DNA of 64,000 nucleotides from the NCBI GenBank assembly GCA_943788915.1, contig CALSSD010000010.1, positions 372,001 through 436,000 of the forward strand. Direction: 5' to 3'. The stretch is from an uncultured Acidimicrobiales bacterium. Its GTDB lineage: Bacteria; Actinomycetota; Acidimicrobiia; Acidimicrobiales; UBA10347. The notes under the pieces are model-generated. The model did no database searches and was not told where the DNA came from. It was given only the letters and a program-made list of their open reading frames with translations. Both the position numbers and the translations under genes were made by a program. Below are positions 21,250 to 30,044 of the stretch, piece by piece; position 1 is the first letter of the stretch; every line of letters starts with the position of its first letter.

Positions 21250-22391
21250 TGGCTGGCACCGGTAAAGCCCATCTGCGCACCGATAGCGACGTCTTGTTGC
21301 GGGTCGAAGACCTAGTGGTCGAATTCCCTGTGGATCGCCACGCGGTAGTGCATGCGGTTTCGGGCATTAGCTTCGACGTCGTCAGGGGCGAGACGCTCGG
21401 GCTGGTTGGCGAGTCGGGCTGCGGTAAGTCCACGACCGCCAAAGCCATCATCCAGATTCCGCGGCCTACTTCGGGCACGGTCGATTTCCGGGGCACAGAC
21501 CTGAACTCTCTCGACGACGCAGAGCTCCGAGCGATCCGGTCGAAGATCCAGATGATCTTTCAGGATCCCATCGCTTCGCTGAACCCTCGTCGAACGGTGC
21601 GTCGTATCGTCAGCGAGGGTCTGGTCGTGTCGAACACGACGGTGTCCAAACCAGGCTGGGCCTTCGTTATTGCGGCTGCGTTGCTTGCTGTCGTCGCTTT
21701 CCTTACGTCGCCGTTGGTGCTCCTGGCGGGACTAGCGGCCGGGTTCATTGGCGGTTATATGATTCTGCGGGGTGTCTTTCGCCCGACTACCGGCGGATTC
21801 AGCGACGCCCGTGTCGATGAGATCATCGAGGCGGTTGGCCTCGATCCGGTCGAGGCTGCCAAACGACGTCCCCACGAGTACTCCGGCGGTCAATGTCAGC
21901 GAGTTTCGGTAGCTCGGACACTGGTTCTTGACCCGGAAATCGTCATCTGCGACGAGCCGGTGTCTGCGCTAGACGTATCCGTTCAGGCTCAGATCCTGAA
22001 CATGCTCGAAGACATGAAAGAGCGTTACGGCATCACGCTCGTGTTCATTAGTCATGATCTGTCTGTTGTGCGCAACGTGAGCGATCGACTTGCTGTCATG
22101 TACTTGGGCAAGATGTGCGAGATCGGCGACAGCGACCTGATTTATTCGAAGCCGGCGCACCCGTATACCCAAGTGTTGCTTGCCGCTCTGCCGGATCCCA
22201 CGAATCCTCATGCCGGGGTTGTCGATGCCCTTGACTCGGAACTTCCGTCGCCCATCAACCCGCCAAGTGGCTGTCGATTCCGCACCCGATGCCCTCGGGC
22301 CCAGGCCGTGTGCGCCGAGATCGAACCAGAGATCGCCCAAGTTGGCACTGGTGACCAATGGGTTGCCTGCCACTTCCCGCTCACTGAATAG
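21249..22391 (+). CDS. Oligopeptide ABC transporter ATP-binding protein, OppF-like, with an internal hydrophobic insertion
   Basis: GESGCGKS, IFQDPIASLNP, SGGQCQR, CDEPVSALD, GCRFRTRC. Confidence 0.93.
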   Translation: MAGTGKAHLRTDSDVLLRVEDLVVEFPVDRHAVVHAVSGISFDVVRGETLGLVGESGCGKSTTAKAIIQIPRPTSGTVDFRGTDLNSLDDAELRAIRSKIQMIFQDPIASLNPRRTVRRIVSEGLVVSNTTVSKPGWAFVIAAALLAVVAFLTSPLVLLAGLAAGFIGGYMILRGVFRPTTGGFSDARVDEIIEAVGLDPVEAAKRRPHEYSGGQCQRVSVARTLVLDPEIVICDEPVSALDVSVQAQILNMLEDMKERYGITLVFISHDLSVVRNVSDRLAVMYLGKMCEIGDSDLIYSKPAHPYTQVLLAALPDPTNPHAGVVDALDSELPSPINPPSGCRFRTRCPRAQAVCAEIEPEIAQVGTGDQWVACHFPLTE

Positions 22392-22413
22392 CACCGCTCC
22401 GCTCGGGGGTAGT

Positions 22414-23458
22414 TGTAATAGCCGGGGACGTTGTTGACGATTTGAATGGGTGAGCCTCCGAGGCGATTGTGGTGATTGCTTACATCACACAAACGCACGG
22501 AGGCTCGTCATGCACCGTAATGCCCCTTTGACCTTGGAAGGTCGTCGCCGACTCGTTAGCCGTATAGAGAGTGGCTGGTCGATCACTGCGGCAGCTGAGT
22601 CGATGTGTATCTCCAGACAGTGCGCGTCGAAGTGGTGGAACCGCTACCAACGCGAGGGCGAAGTTGGCTTAGCCGATCGCAGCTCAAGACCGCATCACTG
22701 CCCTCATCAGACGTCGCGACGGGTGGAACGCAAGATCATCAAACTGCGTCGAAAGCGCCGGTTAGGCCCAGCACGCCTGGCCGGTGAACTCGGGTTGGCC
22801 TCAACCACCGTGCATGCCGTGCTGGTCCGCAACGGGCTGAACCAGCTGCGATGGATTGACCGGCCAACCGGCCGCAAGATTCGACGCATTCACACCGACC
22901 GGCCCGGCGAACTCGTGCACATCGACGTCAAAAAGCTTGCCAGAATCCCGCTGGGCGGCGGGCAACGCAAACTCGGGCGCACCACCCAAGCTAAACAACG
23001 CAGCCGACAAAGGGCCGGCTACGGCCACATCCACACCGCCATAGATGCCTATTCGCGGCTCGCGTATTCCGAGTTCGCTGGCGTCGAGAACAAAGCCAAT
23101 TGCATTGCGTTCCTCCGTCGAGCCAACCACTGGTTCAACACCCACCACGACATCACCATCGAACGAATACTCACAGACAACGGCAACGGCTACCGCAGCT
23201 ACGACTGGGCCGACACCTGCGCCGAACTCGGCATCAAACACACCCGAACCAAGCCCTACCACCCCGCCACAAACGGCAAAGTCGAACGCTTCAACCGAAC
23301 CCTCGTCGAAGAATGGGCCTACGCCAAAGTCTGGACCTCAGACCAACAACGCGCCAACAGCCTTGACGGATGGCTCCACGGCTACAACTATCACCGACAC
23401 CACACCGCCATCAACGGCACACCAATCACAGCCGTCACCAACCACCCCGAATAGAACA
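22414..23458 (+). mobile_element. Complete IS481-family insertion sequence (1045 bp)
   Basis: TGT...ACA ends; IRL TGTAATAGCCGGGGACGTTGTTGACG vs IRR TGTTCTATTCGGGGTGGTTGGTGACG (19/26 identical); 6-bp target duplication GGTAGT at 22408-22413 and 23459-23464. Confidence 0.93.
22510..23454 (+). CDS. IS481 family DDE transposase
   Basis: MHRNAPLTLEGR, GLADRSSRP, PGELVHIDVKKL, IDAYSR, LTDNG, TNGKVERFNRTL, YNYHRHH. Confidence 0.95.
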   Translation: MHRNAPLTLEGRRRLVSRIESGWSITAAAESMCISRQCASKWWNRYQREGEVGLADRSSRPHHCPHQTSRRVERKIIKLRRKRRLGPARLAGELGLASTTVHAVLVRNGLNQLRWIDRPTGRKIRRIHTDRPGELVHIDVKKLARIPLGGGQRKLGRTTQAKQRSRQRAGYGHIHTAIDAYSRLAYSEFAGVENKANCIAFLRRANHWFNTHHDITIERILTDNGNGYRSYDWADTCAELGIKHTRTKPYHPATNGKVERFNRTLVEEWAYAKVWTSDQQRANSLDGWLHGYNYHRHHTAINGTPITAVTNHPE

Positions 23459-23655
23459 GGTAGTCCGCCTTTCGCTCGTGCCTCGCCGAAACGCTGTCGA
23501 CAGCCACTGGGTCTACGGTCCCGGCAAGTCAAACTACATCTCCACGTTTGTCTGACATGGTTTCCCGTGGTGGTGGTGGGCTGCTCCGCCGCCTCGGCCC
23601 GCTCGTCCCTCGTTTCTACCTGCCTTTTCACCACTCTTGCCGGTGTAAAGCGGTG

Positions 23656-24657
23656 CTACACCGTCAGGGTGTACAGACTGCGAGGTTTTGGCTTGTCGTC
23701 GCTGCAGGCCACGGTGTTGGTTTCGTGCAGTGCCACGAGATGGCTCATCACGCTTGCTGCGGCCGCGGGGTAGAGCTGGGGTGGCACATGGGTGTACATG
23801 CGCAGCACCATCTCCTTGATGGTGTCGATGCCGTCGTCCATGCACGAAATGATCTGTTCTGTTCTGGCCTCGCGATGACGCAGTAGTGCTGGCACCAGAG
23901 CCGCCGGGTCGGTGATCGGTGCACCGTGAGTGGGGTAAAACGTGTGCTCATCGCGGGGCATGAGTAGACGCAGGCTGTCCAGATAACTATTCAAATTGCC
24001 ATCAGGCGGTGGGATGATGGTGGTGGACCAACCCATCACATGGTCGCCGCTGAAGAGTGCTTGTTCTTCCTGCAACGCAAAACACAGATGGTTCGAGATA
24101 TGGCCCGGTGTATGCAAGGCCTCGAAGTTGAAACCGTCGCCTTCGATGACATCGCCGTGTGCGACCACAACATCTGGTGTGAAGTCCCAGTCGTGGGCGT
24201 GTTCTGATTTGTAGCCCTCGTCGTCCTTCTTGTCGTCTTTTTCTGTTTCGTCTTCTTCGATGGGGTCAAAACCGAAGCCGGCTTCGTCGTCTTCGGTTTT
24301 GGCGGCGTTGGGGTCCGGACGATCAAGCGGATGGGGCCCAAACGCATAGGTGGGCGCGTCGATGTGGTGCTTCAGCAGACCAGCGGCGGGGGAGTGGTCA
24401 CCATGGGTATGTGTGATGAGCAGATGGGTCACGGTGCGGCCATCGATTGCAGCCACGAGCGCATCAACGTGCGCATCTTCAGGTGGCCCTGGGTCAATAA
24501 TTGCCACCCGCTCATCACCGATGATGTAGGTGCCGGTACCGGTGAAGGTGAATTTGCTGGGGTTCTCACACGTGACCCGTTGCACGAGCCGCGACACTTG
24601 GTCGACGGCACCGTAGGTGACTTCGTGGTCAAGGTTGAACTGAGGTCCTGCAGCCAT
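23656..24657 (-). CDS. MBL-fold metallo-hydrolase (LACTB2-like, with C-terminal winged helix)
   Basis: ENPSKFTFTGTGTY, IDPGP, THTHGDH, HTPGHISNH, FSGDHVMGWST, PTHG. Confidence 0.92.
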   Translation of the reverse strand: MAAGPQFNLDHEVTYGAVDQVSRLVQRVTCENPSKFTFTGTGTYIIGDERVAIIDPGPPEDAHVDALVAAIDGRTVTHLLITHTHGDHSPAAGLLKHHIDAPTYAFGPHPLDRPDPNAAKTEDDEAGFGFDPIEEDETEKDDKKDDEGYKSEHAHDWDFTPDVVVAHGDVIEGDGFNFEALHTPGHISNHLCFALQEEQALFSGDHVMGWSTTIIPPPDGNLNSYLDSLRLLMPRDEHTFYPTHGAPITDPAALVPALLRHREARTEQIISCMDDGIDTIKEMVLRMYTHVPPQLYPAAAASVMSHLVALHETNTVACSDDKPKPRSLYTLTV

Positions 24658-24782
24658 CGTCTGAGACTAGTGCCGACGGCGTGTGCGGCCAGTAACCAGC
24701 GGCACTGAGTCGTGCGGGGGTGCCCCTAGCGGCGGAGCGAGTAGCCTTACCACGTGTATTTCCGGGGGATTGTGTCGCAACG

Positions 24783-25322
24783 ATGAGTGATGTGAAGCCC
24801 ACAGTGCTGTTTCTGTGTACCGGTAATGCTGCCCGCTCGGTGATGGCGGCCACCATGCTCAAGGCGATGACGACGGACATTGCGGTGACCTCGGCGGGGA
24901 CACATTCGATCCCTGGTTTGCCTATGAGCTCGAGAACCCGTACCGCGTTGGCGGGATTCGACGTGGTCGACAAGAACCATCTGAGTATGCAGCTCGAGCA
25001 ACCAATGGCCGATCAGGCGTCTGTCATCGCCATCTTTGAACCGATGCATCTGAGTTATATGCGGAAGAAACACCCCGAATCCGCAGCCAAGGTGGCGTCG
25101 TTGCCACGGCTCGCTCGGGATCTCGTCGATGGCAATGTTGAGACATTCGAGGAACGTGTGCGAGCGCTTCGTCTTTCGGACCACACATTCGAACCTTGGG
25201 AAGAGGTCATTGACCCTGCCGGCGGCGATCTTCCGGTGTTCGAGAACTCGGCTGCCCAGATTCATGCCCTTATCGCGGCCTTTTGCCCCAAGATCGGGGT
25301 GAACGGCAATGCCCGCGCCTGA
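24783..25322 (+). CDS. Low-molecular-weight phosphatase (LMW-PTP/ArsC fold)
   Basis: FLCTGNAARS (CX5R), SAGT, IDPAGG. Confidence 0.85.
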   Translation: MSDVKPTVLFLCTGNAARSVMAATMLKAMTTDIAVTSAGTHSIPGLPMSSRTRTALAGFDVVDKNHLSMQLEQPMADQASVIAIFEPMHLSYMRKKHPESAAKVASLPRLARDLVDGNVETFEERVRALRLSDHTFEPWEEVIDPAGGDLPVFENSAAQIHALIAAFCPKIGVNGNARA

Positions 25323-26016
25323 TCTCAGCGGCGATATCCGTCGAAAGATCTCACTTGATCCGCCCCGTTACCGTGGTGTTCTCCATACCTGGAGCGTTCC
25401 GATAGCCGCACTGGCTGGAATAGCGGCCACAATCGCTGCTCCTGGTTTTGTACCCCGAGTGCTGGTGGCGGTGTACGGCATGACGCTGGTCGCCATGTTG
25501 TTGTTCAGCGCGTTGTTTCACCGTGTCCGATGGACCGACGACAGTTGGTGGCGGATGCGCCAACTCGATCACACCGGCATCTATCTGGTCATTGCTGGGT
25601 CATTTACCGCAATTGCTGGGCTGACCCTGCAGGGATCCGCCCGAATTGGCCTGCTTATAGCGGTGTGGGTGATCGCCGGGGCCGGTATTGCGTATCGATG
25701 GTTGCCCATAGTCCCGCCGTTTGGTCTTACGACTGCGCTGTATGTGTTGTTGACTGCGCTTTTTGTCCCGTTTATCTCCGATCTGAGTGCGGCACTCGGA
25801 GCTGGTGGGGTGGCCGTTCTTGTTGTGAGCTGTGTCATCTATTTCTTTGGGGCCCTCGCTCTGGGTGCTCGGGTGCCCGATCGCTTCCCTCGCACGTTTG
25901 GTTATCACGAGGTGTGGCACGTTGTTGTTGTGGTGTGCTCAGGTTTGCAGTACTTCGTTGTTGTTGCCTATGCCATCCCGGCGGCTCGCGAGATGGCAGA
26001 GAACGTTGCAATCTAG
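25309..26016 (+). CDS. Hemolysin III / PAQR (TrhA-like) membrane protein
   Basis: RYRGVLH, SALFH, RQLDHTGIYLVIAGSFT, FGYHEVWH. Confidence 0.9.
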   Translation: MPAPDLSGDIRRKISLDPPRYRGVLHTWSVPIAALAGIAATIAAPGFVPRVLVAVYGMTLVAMLLFSALFHRVRWTDDSWWRMRQLDHTGIYLVIAGSFTAIAGLTLQGSARIGLLIAVWVIAGAGIAYRWLPIVPPFGLTTALYVLLTALFVPFISDLSAALGAGGVAVLVVSCVIYFFGALALGARVPDRFPRTFGYHEVWHVVVVVCSGLQYFVVVAYAIPAAREMAENVAI

Positions 26017-26155
26017 CCATTCAGGCGATCCAGGCACTGGACCTGCACTGCCGGTCGAGGCCCGAGGCTTCAGTCAAGGCGAAGCTGGCCTTGATAGTCA
26101 CCCTAAGGCTCACGCTGCTGGTGCGACCGGCACTGCTGATTTTGACAAGCCCGAA

Positions 26156-26749
26156 GTGGGCGTAGGGCCGCACAGTCAGCCATGGCCAACGGGCAACAAC
26201 TATGATCCGGTGTTACTCGCCGAAGGCGACCGACGAAATGTCGTCGATGAGTACCGGTATTGGTCCCGTGAAGCGATCATCGCTGACCTCGACACCCACC
26301 GTCACAAGTTCCACGTGGCTATTGAGAACTGGGAACACGACTTCAATATTGGCACGGTGGTCCGCAACGCAAACGCGTTCTTGGCCGGGGCGGTGCACAT
26401 CGTGGGCAAGAAGCGATGGAACCGGAGGGGTGCAATGGTCACCGATCGTTACCAGCATGTGCATCACCACGGTGATTTTGGCGCGTTCGCTGCATGGGCG
26501 GCGTCGGCACAGCTCCCAATCATTGGCATCGACAACATCGAGGGTTCTGTTCCGATCGAATCGGCGACACTCCCGGAAGCGTGCATCTTGCTCTTTGGAC
26601 AGGAGGGTCCTGGGCTCACCGAACACGCGCAGTCGGTGGTCGAAATGACGTGTGCGATTACTCAATACGGCTCTACCCGTTCGATGAATGCTGGCGTGGC
26701 TTCAGGGATCGCCATGTATGCGTGGGCGTCTCAGCACCTTGGCGACTAG
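26156..26749 (+). CDS. TrmH/SpoU family RNA methyltransferase (start uncertain; frame is open from 25832)
   Basis: GDRRNVVDEYRYW, AIENWEHDFNIG, RRGAMVTDRY, FGQEGPGL, GSTRSMNAGVA. Confidence 0.9.
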   Translation: MGVGPHSQPWPTGNNYDPVLLAEGDRRNVVDEYRYWSREAIIADLDTHRHKFHVAIENWEHDFNIGTVVRNANAFLAGAVHIVGKKRWNRRGAMVTDRYQHVHHHGDFGAFAAWAASAQLPIIGIDNIEGSVPIESATLPEACILLFGQEGPGLTEHAQSVVEMTCAITQYGSTRSMNAGVASGIAMYAWASQHLGD

Positions 26750-26771
26750 CGTCTTTGCTGCGAGACAGTCA

Positions 26772-27224
26772 CTACTGGCCAGCGACTTTGACGTTCACGA
26801 CCCGGTAACCAGTGCCGAAGTCGAACGAATCAGTCTCCAAGATGGTGACGACGTACCAAATCTGATCTGACGACGGTCCGAGAAGCCGAACGGTGTCGCG
26901 TTCGGTGGCCACGTCGCACAGCTCGCCGGGGCCGGGGCTGACGATTGTGCAGGAATCTACGTAGGGGACCGAGCGGTCTGTTGCCCACGCGATGAGCGCG
27001 TCGTCGGCTGAAGCCTCGAGAGGGAAGTCATCGGCCGCTGGAGGTAGCGCAAGGGTTCCTGCTGGGGCGGATGGAAGGTCGATGTCCAGTGCAGGTTGAG
27101 GCGTGGGTGGCGGGTCTTCGACCAGAGTTGGGCGTAAACCACCATTACACGCCGAAAACAGACACGCCAAGGCCGCAAATCCAATGACGAGTGGTAGCCG
27201 ATGGAGGAGTTGCTGGCCCTTCAT
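26772..27224 (-). CDS. Hypothetical lipoprotein
   Basis: Signal peptide with lipobox FSAC, Pro-rich linker, Cys pair. Confidence 0.65.
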   Translation of the reverse strand: MKGQQLLHRLPLVIGFAALACLFSACNGGLRPTLVEDPPPTPQPALDIDLPSAPAGTLALPPAADDFPLEASADDALIAWATDRSVPYVDSCTIVSPGPGELCDVATERDTVRLLGPSSDQIWYVVTILETDSFDFGTGYRVVNVKVAGQ

Positions 27225-27937
27225 GTGGCTCCTGCCCCCGGGTTTTGGTTGTTGCGTGTGGACGTGGTCGAAGAAGACTCCGGGTCTAGAGGTGCCCCGT
27301 TCAGCCGTTCCTCGATCAATAATGCGAACGGGGGCACACCAGGGATTTTCTGCAACCGAATCTGCAATGCAGCCATGATTCCCACAAGTGCTGCCGCACT
27401 CAGAGGCCAGTTGGCGAGAAACCGCACAAGAACGAAACCTTCGACGCTGCTTCGGCGAAACAACCAGATATCAAATGAGGCGCTCACCGTGTAGTACAGC
27501 CCCGCGATTACGGTCACAATGCCCATGGTCGTGTGGAACACTCGGTGTGCGGCCATTTCCTGCGGTACTCGCATCAGGAGCGGTAGTACCCGCTTTGCAA
27601 GAGGTGCCCCTGCGGCAACGGACCCAAGCAGAACAGCGGCAACGAGATACTTGGTGGCAATCCCGAGGCCAAAATACACGGTCTCGCTGCCGGTAATCAC
27701 GCCGATGGCGCCTCGAGCGATCACAGCACCAGTCACGAGTGGCATGAGTCGGCCAAGCGGAAGGCCTTTGCGGCGCCGATCGAGTGCCAGCGCAATCGAA
27801 CCGGCGGTTGCGATAGCAACCGCCCACCGCAGTCCCGCCACGCGGTTAACCGCCAGAAATAGCAGCACTGGAGCGGCTGATTGCAAGGAAAGCCCGTTGG
27901 GTACTGCGGAACCTGGGTGGCCGTCAGCTCGAATCAC
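27221..27937 (-). CDS. Integral membrane protein (DUF3159/VC0807-like)
   Basis: About 6 TM; GVITGSETVYF...LLGSVAAGAPLA pattern; ATGA overlap with the next gene. Confidence 0.6.
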   Translation of the reverse strand: MIRADGHPGSAVPNGLSLQSAAPVLLFLAVNRVAGLRWAVAIATAGSIALALDRRRKGLPLGRLMPLVTGAVIARGAIGVITGSETVYFGLGIATKYLVAAVLLGSVAAGAPLAKRVLPLLMRVPQEMAAHRVFHTTMGIVTVIAGLYYTVSASFDIWLFRRSSVEGFVLVRFLANWPLSAAALVGIMAALQIRLQKIPGVPPFALLIEERLNGAPLDPESSSTTSTRNNQNPGAGAT

Positions 27938-28308
27938 CGGCGTTACGGTATCGGCTCATGGCAGATCCGGGTTGCTAACGAACTGTTGTGTTTCTGCGGA
28001 TTCGTTGGCATGGAAGGGCGGCGTTCGGTCGAGGCCGAACACTGTCTCGCAATGTAATTGCAACATTCGTAATGTGCGTATTCGGGTGGAGGGCGTCCAC
28101 AGTTATCAGTCACGATCGTTGGAAACAAGCCGATCAACTAAGCGGGTCGCGACTTTTGGCTGGAGGGGTGCAGACAATGAAAAATCTTGACACGCCCCCT
28201 ATGCCCAAGCCATTCCGCGTCTTTATGCCACTTTTTGTGGTTTGTTTGCGTATCTGTGACAGGTTGGTGTTGGGGCTTCCGCGTTGCGGGTGTTGCGGTT
28301 ACTATCAC

Positions 28309-28420
28309 GGCTGTCGTGTTCTTGGTCTCGTATTTGCGAGGTTGAGGGGATGGCAGCCGAGAGGTACTCGGTATATGCACCACTTTGTGGTTGCGTCGGT
28401 ATAGGTAGGAAAGGGAAGTT
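28309..28420 (+). promoter_or_regulatory. Structured 5' leader (three hairpins) of the Cys-rich protein gene
   Basis: TACTAT at 28300-28305; GU-rich hairpin 28309-28358, then ccgag/ctcgg and gcaccac/gtggttgc hairpins before the GGAAAGGG RBS. Confidence 0.5.
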
Positions 28421-28423
28421 TCC

Positions 28424-29518
28424 ATGGAAACAACCAAGAAGACCTCAACAACCAGGGCTGCACTCCTGGTTATTGCGGCACTCTCAATGCTGCTTTCAGG
28501 CTTGTTTATTGCGACGGCTTCGCGTTCAGACGCGTCGCCAGCATCAGCATGTCCTGATGGTTTCTCACTCACCGCAGATGCAAAGAACTGCTTTCAAGCA
28601 GCCTCTGTCACATCTGCTGACAACGCCAACTCATGTCCTGCAGGTCAGATAACCCCAGACGGCTCCAATTGTTGGGTAGCTGCTCAGGTTATCCCTCAGG
28701 CTGGTACGACCGTTTGTCCAGACGGTTACTCACAAGATGACTCTCTTGGCGGCATGTGTGCCCGCTTCGCAGCTGCCACACAGGGTGCCGAGACCTGCCC
28801 AGCTGGATCCCATGGCGTGAAAGATTCTTGCTATATCTACGTAGCTAAAGGCCCTGGTACCGCAGGCGTATGCGAGGGTGACTCAGTCGCACAAGGCGCA
28901 GTCTGTGTTGAGGAAGGCGACGAACGCTTCCGCGATTTCACCTGCGTAGAAGTTGGCAATGTGGTCTCAGACGGCGAGCGTTGCTACACGGTCACCAAAC
29001 CAGCAGGCGGGGAAGAAGCTTGTGACGGCACGTGGAATGATGCCGAAGACCAATGCGAAACTGACGCAGACTTGACACCTGGAGCATGGACCTGTGCCGC
29101 AGGTCAGGTCTACCAAGCGCCCATCTGCAATATCATCACCGACCCGGGTGCTGGCGACCTCCCGAGCTGCCCTATTGGCTCTTACGAAGATGCTTCCGGT
29201 GACTGCCGCAAGCCTGTTGCTAACGCAAAGGGTGCATACTCCTGCGCCGATGCTGCTTCTGCTTTGAATGGCAAGACATGCGTGTGGACCAGTGCCTTCT
29301 CAGTCACGATCACCCCAGATATGTACAAGTGTGCTGAAGGTGCTCGCGCCGTTATCGGTACCGATGTCATCTGTGTCCTCTCGGCTTCAGATGCCAACAC
29401 AACGAGCGCTCCGAGCTGCCTGCAAGGTGTGCTTTCGACTGACGGCGCATACTGCATCGTGCCTCGTTCAGATGCTGCCCCGGCAGCAGTCGCTCCAGTC
29501 CCAAGCTTCACTGGCTGA
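28424..29518 (+). CDS. Secreted cysteine-rich repeat protein (12 Cys-pair repeats) ending in PSFTG
   Basis: Signal peptide; 24 Cys in CPxG...C-like pairs; C-terminus APAAVAPVPSFTG-stop. Confidence 0.85.
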   Translation: METTKKTSTTRAALLVIAALSMLLSGLFIATASRSDASPASACPDGFSLTADAKNCFQAASVTSADNANSCPAGQITPDGSNCWVAAQVIPQAGTTVCPDGYSQDDSLGGMCARFAAATQGAETCPAGSHGVKDSCYIYVAKGPGTAGVCEGDSVAQGAVCVEEGDERFRDFTCVEVGNVVSDGERCYTVTKPAGGEEACDGTWNDAEDQCETDADLTPGAWTCAAGQVYQAPICNIITDPGAGDLPSCPIGSYEDASGDCRKPVANAKGAYSCADAASALNGKTCVWTSAFSVTITPDMYKCAEGARAVIGTDVICVLSASDANTTSAPSCLQGVLSTDGAYCIVPRSDAAPAAVAPVPSFTG

Positions 29519-29556
29519 CCGACGCAGCTAGCAACGTACACAACGTACGAAAAGCA

Positions 29557-29588
29557 GAAGCCGCTAACCCTCCGGGGTTAGCGGCTTC
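29557..29588 (+). terminator. Rho-independent terminator
   Basis: gaagccgctaaccc-tccg-gggttagcggcttc, perfect 14-bp stem with a T run shortly after. Confidence 0.85.
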
Positions 29589-29858
29589 CGCCGTTTTCGT
29601 GCCTATACCTCGCCGCCTGTGGGCGGCGAACAACGGAACACAGAAACACCAGCGACCAACTCGCCCAAGCCATCTGAGTCGAGACCATGCTGAGAAGCGA
29701 TGGTTCGTGGGTGCCAAACGGGCCAGAAGCCGTCAGTCCCGTAACGCGTGTCCGTCACGCCAATTATTGCTACTGTTCAATTCGACAGGCAATTGGCCGC
29801 GGTTCCAAATGAATTTCACACATGTCGCGCCTTCCGGATTTCTCCCTGCGTCTACAGA

Positions 29859-30008
29859 ATGAACGAGTTGATTACGACGAACAAGTCCCGAAGGTGAGGG
29901 TCCCGCCACCCAAGAAACTTCGGAGTGGGCCTCGGCCCACAGTCGGGAGGACAGGTTCCCGCCACCTGAAATCCCAGTGATGGAGGTTCCGTAAGGAGCC
30001 TCCATCAC
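29859..30008 (+). ncRNA. Candidate small RNA with two TCCCGCCACC modules and a 12-codon micro-ORF
   Basis: Repeats at 29884-29910 and 29941-29966, a central gtgggcc/ggcccac hairpin, and a terminal hairpin at 29977-30008. Confidence 0.45.
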
Positions 30009-30044
30009 ACTATTGGCGAGCACTTCAGCCAGGTTGCTGTTGCG

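Noticed and set aside
23045..23773. 242-aa Thr/Pro-rich alternative-frame ORF overlapping the IS481 transposase
   Set aside because: Shadow frame caused by the C/A-rich codon usage of the transposase 3' half
24205..24310. Acidic insertion in the MBL hydrolase
   Set aside because: Falls in a loop that is variable in this family; probably a disordered linker
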